58,177 nt of DNA, taken from the NCBI GenBank assembly GCA_004431415.1, contig QPMI01000480.1, positions 1 to 58,177 on the forward strand, given 5' to 3'. A program made the position numbers and the translations under genes. The DNA comes from Cyanophora paradoxa CCMP329 (taxonomy: Eukaryota; Plantae; Glaucophyta). Within the stretch, counting starts at the first letter, position 1. Each line of letters begins with the position of its first letter. Below are positions 1 to 9,137 of this stretch, piece after piece. The notes under the pieces are model-generated. The model was given only the letters and a program-made list of their open reading frames with translations. It did not search any database and was not told the origin of the DNA.

Positions 1-417
1 GAACGCTTCTTCTTGGCGAGTTGATCCTCACTGTAATAGATAAGAGGAAATGAGCAAGGAAATCAGAAGGCACATGGAAAGTGTAAGATCCATAGGTGAT
101 TTCAAGTCGAGAGACAAGAGCACCAACTGGGCGAACGTATCCATGCGAACAAGGTCGGTATCACCAGCAAAAGTAATGGCTGGAAGGTCAAACGCAAGTT
201 CGAGTTTTCCACAGAAATTGTAGCGAGGAAGCTTGAAACTAATGCGATTTCCAGCATTATTCTCGAAAGTGTTGCTTGGGTTCACAACAACAAGAACTGG
301 CTTCGACTTGGATTCAAGACCAAGCATGAGAGAGTTGTCCAAGAGAACGCCTTGGCTTCTTCCGGGTTGTTAGAGCTTCTTTCAGAGAAAGACGTTGGAG
401 GTCGAAGTAATATCCAT
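1..417 (-). CDS. Double-jelly-roll major capsid protein, N-terminal part (frameshifted; runs off the window)
   Basis: ATG at 417. The frame-joined translation ...NPSNTFENNAGNRISFKLPRYNFCGKLELAFDLPAITF...GALVSRLEITYGSYTF..PSDFLAHFLLSI follows the NCLDV/PLV MCP N-terminal pattern (ISFxIPR..L.L...LP.I ... LI..IEI..G ... dFL). It lies next to penton-like genes. Confidence 0.65.
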
Positions 418-487
418 GATTATCTCTTTTATTATACTGCAACATAAAAATTCACCAATGATCCTTGATTTTACGCAAAACTCGCAA

Positions 488-1476
488 TTACAGGATAAGA
501 TGGATGGGTTCCGCCATCCTCCTCTTGAAGTATTCATACACAGGATCACCAGCAGGTTCATCACCATATCGAATTTCGAAGGTGAGGTGCACAGGTTGAC
601 CTTCGAAATCAATTGGTTCATTAATTGCATTCACAATGTCAACCGAAAATGTGGAGAGTCCCAGATTCTTGTTATAGTATTTATAAATCGGATGGGCTTC
701 TGTCGAATTATAAACGACATGCTCACCTAATCTTTATCAGGAACCACGATTTTGTGGAAATATCCAGTGAGGAGACCATCACCACATTGCACAAGATCAC
801 CAAGCTCTTTTACTCTCACAAATAGGACACTATCCCTGGTCTTCTCGGGTTCAAATGAAGATATAATACCATGCACCATCGACCCAGTGAAGATACCATC
901 AGTAAGAGTATTATAAACCTGAGATTGGATTGGTGTGTTACCATATCTTCCAGGATCAAGACCAAGCAGTCGAGCAGAACTCAAAAACCTCTGAATCTGT
1001 GCCTGGGTTGGGTTAATTGCGGTTGAGAAAGCCAGGTAAAACGGTATGGTGGAATGAATATTACTCGTTTCAGTGTATCATCCCATTTGCAACGATAGCT
1101 ACTGCTGGTTCTCTCAATGCAAGTTTGGAGTTAATTACATTCACCAGTTGTTGGTGGTTTTGAATGGGTGTGCTGCGACTTATCACAATGTGTTTCCATG
1201 ATTCATAATCGGCAGCAGGTCGATCAGTTGGAATACCAGTGCTTCCTGCACCTTGGTAATATTCAGACCAATAAAGGTAGATGCATTATCTATTGTCACA
1301 TCTCCTGGTTTGGTTTCACCACTCACCATGGGAATGCTGTTATAGAATTCTGCTGAGACCAGTCTCACTGCTCTTACAAATTCATATGTGCTGGGGAGGC
1401 GAGCAATAAAACTCGAAGTAGGTCCATCTCCCGAAATTGTATTGAAAGAGCTCACTTCGATGTAATCCACAGGCAT
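488..1476 (-). CDS. Minor capsid (penton, single jelly-roll)-like protein A, frameshifted
   Basis: N-term MPVDYIEVSS...SSFIARLPSTYEFVRAVRLVSAEFYNS; middle ARLLGL and LFVRVKEL; C-term LSTFSVDIVNAINEPIDFEGQPVHLTFEI, stop at 488-490. These match the usual PLV/NCLDV penton motifs. The gene is split over several frames by 1-nt indels. Confidence 0.7.
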
Positions 1477-1504
1477 CTTCTTTTATCTATAAACATATAT
1501 TAAA
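1477..1504. promoter_or_regulatory. 28-bp AT-rich bidirectional viral promoter region
   Basis: Only 28 bp separate the two divergent penton ATGs. ATAAAAGA lies just upstream of both minus-strand capsid ATGs (1476 and 417). Confidence 0.45.
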
Positions 1505-2430
1505 ATGATTCGGCTGGTCAATATAGATAGCAGAGACCGATCAGATGGACAAATAGAAAACTCCTACAAAGTTTCACTCACAACCCCAGTGACTAAACCA
1601 AGAGAATGTCGAGTTTTGTATGCAGAAATCCCCAACAGCATCTATAACTCCATTGGAACAGACCACCTTCTTGTCAGATTCTACTACCAAGGCATCTCTG
1701 AAACCAAGCAGGTCTTCCTTCTCCCAGTGGTTACATAAATCAAGGTCATTTCGGGGTCACCACTCCATATAATTATGGTCTGAATTTCACCTTTACTGGG
1801 AGCAACAATCTCACATATGCATTCAAGGTCTACTACAACCCTACCTCCTACAATTGGAGTTTTACAGTAATGTTCAATTCGAGATGGTAGCATCTACACA
1901 GAGATTGGGTAAACTTCTTGGTGTGAGTTCAGTGGAGTGGGTGGCTTCCACTGAACAGATTTACGATTTCCCAGAGTCTGCAAGGTCTTTATATGCCCCC
2001 GAGAATTTCCTTTATTTCGCAGGAATACCAATCACCCAAACCATCCCAATGGGGAATCACATTCACAGGATATGAATTCGAGGCATCTCGCTTAAACTAC
2101 AAGTTAGAAGCTTCCAAGATGACAGATATGAATGCAGAACAGTATTTATACATGCACATTAAAGAACTCTCCCATTTGCTACAAACCACAATATGTCCCA
2201 CAATCTCAACCACAGAATCAAGGGCGATTCTCAGATTGCAATTAAGTAAAGATATTGGACAGTATGTTTATCACAGTGGAGAGCACAGTGAATACATAAA
2301 AATAACCGATCGAAACCTTGTGATTAGAGAGTTAACAGTTGAGTTTCGCGATTATTATGGTGATCTTGTAGATATGAATGGAATTGACAACTCATTCCAG
2401 TTGGAGTTCTTGGCTATTGGTAATGATTAA
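1505..2430 (+). CDS. Minor capsid (penton)-like protein B, about 3 frameshifts
   Basis: N-term MIRLVNIDSRDR...YKVSLTTPV...RVLYAEIPNSIYN, then PSGY, LGKLLG and YLYMHIKEL. C-term IRELTVEFRDYYGDLVDMNGIDNSFQLEF is the classic penton motif D..G..VD.NG.D.SF.LE. Confidence 0.85.
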
Positions 2431-2738
2431 ACCGATCCTGATAGAAGAACTCCCCATCTGTCTCGAAAATATTAAGAATGGGACTCTTCGATCTTCTGTA
2501 TACCATCGGCGAATTGTCTTATCCCATTTAGCACCATTCTTTTCAAGAATCTACAAAGAGTTGATCTCCTTGTAATTCGCAATCCCATCTCTTGAAAGAT
2601 CTCATAATGATCTTGTATTCTTTTCACAATCAAGATGTAAGTCCCATGGAAATTGTGATATTGCTGGTTAATCGGCATGTTTCCTTTACAGCATGATGGA
2701 AATCGTTTGTCATTTTTGGCGAAACGAGAGTATCTCAT
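2400..2738 (-). pseudogene. Small frameshifted viral ORF with a DUF5710-like GAKWD..RWY motif
   Basis: An alternative frame reads LEKNGAKWDKTIRRWYTED, resembling the GArWD..kkWY core of DUF5710 small viral proteins. Start and stop are uncertain. Confidence 0.35.
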
Positions 2739-2877
2739 GAGATAGATGAGAGAATAACAGGTGTGTTTTCAGGTTGGAGAAATCGGAGAAACATAGAGTA
2801 TTGCGATTTCCGAGTTAGTTGACACTGAGAAATTCAGAATTTCAGATGGTCTTACTGAAAATGGTCAGATAATCGGG

Positions 2878-3313
2878 TGTGACACCTATTTAATTGACTG
2901 TGACGCCTCTTTAATTGACTGTGACGCCTGTGACGCCTGTGACGCCTACTTTCAAACTTTTTAAAATTTTCAAAAATGACAGACTTCTTAAAACAGCCGT
3001 CACAGCCGTCACAGGCGTCACACCCAATTAAAAATGGAATCTCTTTCTCTTACTGAGATATTCAAAAATATATTCTTGTCTTACTGAAATCCGTATTGTG
3101 ACACCTCTGACACCTACAAAACACTATCCATTAATCCACCTTTCCGAAAATGCGAAGTTGTCTTACTGGAAATGGTCTGCAATTTCGCTGTGACACCTAA
3201 ATTAATTGAGTGTGACGCCTGTGACGCCTGTGACGCCTACTTTCAAACTTTTTAAAATTTTCAAAAATGACAGACTTCTGAAAACAGGCGTCACAGCCGT
3301 CACAGGCGTCACA
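2878..3313. repeat. Two iteron-like blocks: (TGTGACGCC)x3 - ~49-bp AT-rich spacer - inverted (G[G/C]CGTCACA)x3
   Basis: Block 1 at about 2920-3022 and block 2 at about 3211-3313. The spacers (TACTTTCAAACTTTTTAAAATTTTCAAAAATGACAGACTTCT.AAAAC) are near identical. Extra TGTGACAC and CTTACTG motifs are scattered around them. Confidence 0.9.
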
Positions 3314-3427
3314 GACATTCTGCCCCCCTTACTACTCTTCTCAAAAACAGAAATATATCTTACTGAATATCATTTGAATACTATCTGTCACACTTGATTT
3401 CATTTATTCTGTTTTATAGAACATCTG

Positions 3428-3690
3428 CAATCTAATCGATTGATCAATTGGAGACCATGCAACTCTGTGACACTTTTTCGGTGCAAAAATGTAAATCCGC
3501 AATCTCATCGATTGTTTAATTGGACGTGATGCAGTTCCGATATATTCCAATAGAAAATCGCGCAATCTCTTCAATTGTTTAATTGGACATAATGCAACTC
3601 TGTGACACTTTTTCGGTGCAAAAATGTAAATCCGCAATTCCATCGATTGTTTAATTGGACATGATGCAACTCTGTGACACTTTTTGCGTT
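3428..3690. repeat. Tandem repeat, about 4 units of 64-71 bp
   Basis: The unit GCAATCT.ATCGATTGTTTAATTGGAC...ATGCAACTCTGTGACACTTTTTCGGTGCAAAAATGTAAATCC repeats at about 3428, 3499, 3563 and 3634. Confidence 0.9.
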
Positions 3691-4006
3691 TTTCGATACA
3701 GAATGGGCGGTGGTCTACTTCAATACCAGAGAGATATATCGAGTTTATGCGAATTTATGCGAATTTATGCGAATTAATCGCGATTATATCGTTCTTTAAG
3801 TAGTTTAATGTTAATCAATCGAAGTTATATATGTAATCGACAAAGAACATAATCTATCGATATAATATCGATTGAATCAATCGTGAATATGCATTAAATT
3901 AAACGCGTTTATCATTTTTAATACAAAGTTTGCATTAATTTATACAAAGTTTGCATAAAAAGTTAAAGAAATTAATCGATAAATATGTATTTTAGTAGTT
4001 AAATTA

Positions 4007-4101
4007 ACACATATTGAAAAACGAATTTAAATCCAGAGTGAATCGAGATCGCGAAGCGATCGAGATGAACGAGGGATTTAAATTCGTTTTTCAATATGTG
4101 T
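4007..4101 (+). other. 95-nt terminal DNA hairpin with tandem G.A mismatches and a GCGAAGC loop
   Basis: A perfect 28-bp stem (4007-4034 with 4074-4101) encloses an 18-pair inner arm with no bulges and 7 mismatches, all G.A/A.G. The GAA loop is at 4053-4055. Confidence 0.95.
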
Positions 4102-4257
4102 GAAGAGCACCAAATGCGCACGAGACGATATTCGCGTCCAGCAGACTATACATGTATGCCAGGTGATCCGAGCTCGAGGGGATGCTCAGATCTGAGCACT
4201 GCAGCTGCAATTTACAAATTTAAACCCTGCCCCGGGGGCTCAAAATTCGGATCTAAT

Positions 4258-4297
4258 TACAAGCAGGGGGGCAAGCCCCCCCGCACCCCCCCATTTA
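4258..4297 (-). mobile_element. Helitron-like 3' terminal hairpin motif, copy 1
   Basis: The minus strand reads TAAATGGGGGGGTGCGGGGGGGCTTGCCCCCCTGCTTG|TA: a G-CTTG-C hairpin followed by CTTG|T. The motif recurs at 47429-47465. Confidence 0.4.
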
Positions 4298-6099
4298 ATA
4301 ATTCCAGCTGCAGTCTGAGTCTCTGTCTGTGCGTGAAATTAAACATGCATGAATTTGAAACGCGATACATACCCGTACTCGCAGTATCTCAGAAAAAATG
4401 CCAGATCTAGACTTCGAATTCAGGGCACTGCGCATGCGGTCTTTCTTTGTCTTCAAATTTAAATAGCCTCGCTACTTCGATTTCATCAGTAATAGGCGGG
4501 CGCCTCGAGCCTTAAGCTTCGAAATATTCGCTGCTTCCGCTAGCTATAGCCGAGCGCTGCGTTGGCTTCGCCTGCTGATGTGCTCCTTCAAGACAAGCGC
4601 CTATGCTAGCGCTAGCCACGTACGTGTGTACAGACGCTATCTATGCAGCAGGAGCAGTGCGTACACGGTTGCTGAGCCTCTCGGAGCGCAACGTTCATGA
4701 CAGCTGCAGCTGCGCTTCTGCAGCCTGCCAGGCTGCGCATGTCGTATACGTAGTGCGGGCTGTAGCTGCGTTAACTTAAGCTTTTTAAGCCTGCTTATAA
4801 AGCCTACATCAGCAGTATACGTACTAGTCCAGCGCTAGCTGCATGCAGACTGCAGTCACGGTGTGTTTCCGTTACTTTCCGTTACTAGTATCCGCCATTT
4901 TCCGTTACTTTCAAAAAAGTTCCGTTATCCGCGGATAAGCCATGGCCACCACGTAGTTTCCGTTTGCAAACGATGTCAAACTTGAAAAATCTAGCGTTTT
5001 GGGGAACGACGTCATTTTGGGTAACTACGTTCGTCGATCGATATCCACGTACGCCGCGGCCCGCGGACGAGTCGACGTCGACGTCGACATTAACTTAGTA
5101 AATCTAGCGTTTTGTGGAGATTTGAATTCGCGAGTCGCGAGCTCGAGTCGCGACGTCGACTCGCCGTGGTCTGTGGTCCGCGGCCGATTCGAACTTAGTA
5201 TGCCACCTAGGCCTGCAGGCTGCAGCTGGCATGCAGCTGCAGCAGCTAGTGGCTGCGGCAGCTGTCGGGGTGAGTCGGGTCTACGCCGATATCGATGTCG
5301 ACACTCGACGTGTTCGCACATGAGGGTTCATATTGGGTGCGACAAAACGGGGAACTGAATCGAGACTGCAAGCTCAGCCGGCCGTGTTAACCCGATTTTT
5401 TTCGAAAGTGTCCGCTTGCGTCTTAAGTAATAAGTTATAACTTAGTATAAAGCCTTCTCGACCTCAGTTTCACGTTGGTTTGTGTCGAAGATGTCTTTAA
5501 AATTTGCAGGTTTATTTGCAGTGATTTCACTCCCTTAGACAGCCTGTGTCGCGGGCGAAATATGTATTAATCTTAGGCGGCTGCAGCCTTAGAGAATTTA
5601 CCGTTCGTAGAGATCCGGGTTCGCCTTAGCGTACTTAGAGTTTCGGATTCGAATCCGGGGGCTCGCTTTTCATATGTCTGAGCTGCCTGATCAGATCATA
5701 CGATTTGGTCATGAGAGCTTCTTCTGTCGTACTGCTGTCTATCTGGTTTGCTTCTCCTCTCTTCTCGATCTACTGGTATCTCGCGCCCTGTGTCTTTCCT
5801 TGCTTATTGTCGATTTTGGCTCTTTGTCTTGTCTTTCTTCGTGCTCTTGTCTTAGTTCCTTCGCTTTTGTCTTTGTGCCCCCTGGGCAGCCCCCGCAGTG
5901 CTGGTGTCTAGAGACTGTGGCCGGTAATTCACCAAAACAAATATTTAATGTTTATCAAGAGTTCTTCAGATCAGATCTACGAGTGCTGTCTTACTAAGTT
6001 ACCTGCATCACGCTCGGGCCGGTCTTGCACTCACTGCAGGTCAGAGTCACTCTATATAAACCTGTTGTCTAGAATATATAATCCCGTGCCCCTAGGGCT

Positions 6100-8245
6100 G
6101 CCAGTAGGGCATGTACCAGAATGGCCGGGGATTTCTAGCTCAACCGTTGAACACCGCAACTTGGCAAGTCGGATCGGACCGTCAAGAAAGCCTTTTCCCC
6201 TCAAGTCGGACCGTCAAGACGATCGCGACTGATTATGACCAGAGTTCGAAATGCCTTCGAATTCACATGCGCGGACCGTCAATTCGGCGTCAAGTTGCCG
6301 ACGACTTGCAAGTTGCAATGGCAAATTGCCGACGAATTCGAAGTTGCCGTCAACCCGGTTGAACCGCCGCTGGGCCGCGGCCGCGGACCGTCGCGGCCCG
6401 CGGGCCGCCGCCGGCCGCCCGGCGGGGCCGGCGCCGGTCCGGCGGCTCGACAGTGACTCGACACGCAAAATATAGACACGCACCGTGCACGTGACGCACG
6501 GCGCACCGTGACGCACGCCGTTTCCCGTGCCACCCCTACCTCCGGTAGCTATCATAGTTTAGCCTACAGACTACAGTTACTATCAGTTCGGGCCCTAGGG
6601 CACCAGGCTGCCACCAGCCTGCCACCTGGGTGGGGGCCGTGGGGCCCGTGGCCCGTGGGGGATTTCTAGCTCATCTTTATATATAATTAGATGAGCCTCG
6701 ATCCCTCCTGATCAATCGCACGTCGGACCGTCAAGAAAGTCGTTTTCCCTCAAGTCGGACCGTCAAGCCTTTGAAGACGATCGCGACTGATTATGACCGG
6801 ACATGCGCGGACCGTCAATTCGGCGTCAACTTCAATTGGCAAGTTGCCGACGACTTGCAATATATTAATGGCAAATTGCCGACGAATTCGCCGTACGTAC
6901 ATATACGCGTCAACGCGGTTGAACCCGCCGCTGGCCGTGGGCCGCGGCCGCGGACCGTCATCATCGGCGTCACTGACTCTGACACTCAGTGAGTCATGAT
7001 CAGCTTTTGAGGCGGCAATGAGGCCTAGGCCGCCGCCGCGGCCCGCGGGCCGCGGGCCGCCGCCGGATCCCAAGTTGCCCCCAACTTGCAACGGCCCCCA
7101 AGGGAATTCGCGATCGGATACACTAAATTGCTCAGGATAATGATGCTTATCTTGGCGGTCCATGGCAGTGACGGCACTCGATCCATGCTCTACGATTGAT
7201 ATACAGTTGCTGTTCCGAAGTTCAACGGTTCTGAGATCTAGATTCTAGACGTCGAGTCCGACGGTCGTCGTCGACTCGTCGACTAACTTAAGCTTGAAGG
7301 AGTCACTGTGAGTCACTTAGAGTCACTTGACTGACGCCGGTGGTCCGGCCGCCGGCGGTTAAAAAACGTTGCCGGTCCGCGGACCGGTACCGTCCGCCCC
7401 CCAATGGGCCCCAAGTTGCCCCCTACGGTAGCTAGCACCTTCGGCTAAAATTCGCCGCTAAATAGATGACCGGTCGGAAGGGCACGTCACGTAGAACATT
7501 GATACATGTGCCGTGGTGTATCTATGCGACGTCCATTTTGCAAAAAAACAAGTTGCCCCCTACGTATACGGCCCCCAAGGGAATTCGGATACACTAAATT
7601 TCTCAGGATAAGGATGCTTATCTTGGCGGTCTATGGCACTCTATCCATGCTCTACGATTGATATATACACTCGCTGTTCTGACTCCTGAGATCCAGACGT
7701 CGAGTCGTCGACTCACTTAGAGTCACTTGACTGACTCAGTGACTTGAATAAGTCACTGGATCGCTCGAGCCTCATGGATATATTTCATGCATAGTACTAA
7801 CTCTAGATCTATTGTTTTAAACACCTCTTTAGAGTCAGTTGAATAGACGTCGACACGCAAAATATAGACACGTACGCCGTTTCGAAATTCGAATCCGCCA
7901 GCGGACCGCCGGCGCCGGTTCAAATCGGGCCCTGCCATGCCGCAGTGTGCACGTACCGGGTGTGCCCTGCACTGTCTGCACAGTGCGGCCACACATGTAC
8001 AAGGCTGCAGCTGCGTACACTTCTCGACCACGGTACCCGGTCCCTCCGGAGTCCGGACTCCGGATACCGCACGAGCTCTGATCGCGAGCCTTCTACCGCA
8101 GTACCCCGGCCCTCTCCTCCCGAGCCCGACGGTACCGGTCCCAGCGGGCCGCCCGGCCGGCGGTGGCTTGCCATCCCTGCAGCTGGTAGCGGTACAGCAG
8201 CCTCATCATCAGGACCCGCCGCCCGTGGATCAAGATCAGGACCCT

Positions 8246-8281
<36 letters not shown>

Positions 8282-8505
8282 GCCCCCGGGCCCCCGGCCT
8301 GCAGCTGCCCGCGCGCGGACATGTACACCCACCCGAACCCCCAGCGCGCGGATCTAGCTATGGATCCGGATCTGCGTCTGACCAGATTTGATCCAGGCTG
8401 TGGCACTGGCAGGGACTCTAAATTCGTGGGGCGGGGAATTCGAAGCTTAAGCGCAAGGGAGATCTAGATTGATCACGATCGAGGCCGACGTCGGCCGGGC
8501 CCCGG
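6100..8505. repeat. Interspersed repeat family member (probable degenerate non-autonomous TE) with internal duplications
   Basis: Recurrent CGGACCGTCAA and GCAAGTTGCC motifs. Sub-blocks are duplicated locally (about 6170-6400 vs 6720-6960, and about 7090-7340 vs 7570-7740). Colinear with 15900-17435. A 33-nt poly-C lies at 8247-8279. Confidence 0.75.
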
Positions 8506-9137
8506 CCGCGGGCCGCGGCGCGATGTCGACTCTACACCAAAACGCGCGATCGAACGCTAGCTTCGCTTCAGTCTCAAGAGTCTCGATACATATCTGACTG
8601 ATATTGTATGCACACGATATCGATGTCTCACAATGCATTTGGGGGGCCGCTCTCAGCTTTAATTTACACCTATTGATACGGATTTACAATATTTAAAATC
8701 TATGAGATGACGATATAAATCGCCTGCTTATCCGAGCATGATTATATATATCGAAGTTCGAATTAATCTACAATAGAACCCTACGATAGAAGTCAGCCCA
8801 CTTGCAGCAATAAGTTACACTGACGAAAGTTACAACGTTATCGAATTTTCGAAGCCAATTAGGGGCTACTGAAAATTGCTGACATAGAACATAGAGTTAT
8901 TGAAGTAAGTTACAACGACCTTGGGGCTACTGAAAACCACTGATTCTGTAATACTGATTTTAAGCCGCAGCCGCTTAAAAGCCGCTGCAGCATCTAGCGA
9001 AACTTTAGGTAATGCTTGATAATTAAATAGTGGTTAAAACTAGAGCAGGAGATCTAGAGAGACCGATCCAGCATAAATATTAATACAGCGTCGAAAAGAT
9101 TACCGTAGCACTGAAAGCGATTCGATGATGATCGATA

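Larger units (their letters stand above)
1..4101. mobile_element. Terminal part of an endogenous Polinton-like virus / virophage-like element (continues left of the window)
   Basis: AT-rich, intron-less and gene-dense, in sharp contrast to the GC-rich intron-rich host DNA. Encodes MCP-like and two penton-like proteins, followed by a non-coding repeat-rich terminal region. Composition shifts right after the hairpin ending at 4101. The exact boundary is inferred. Confidence 0.85.

Noticed and set aside
3428-3690. CRISPR-like array
   Set aside because: Three of the four 'spacers' are essentially the same sequence, the repeats are degenerate and there are no cas genes. It is a tandem repeat in the viral terminal region.
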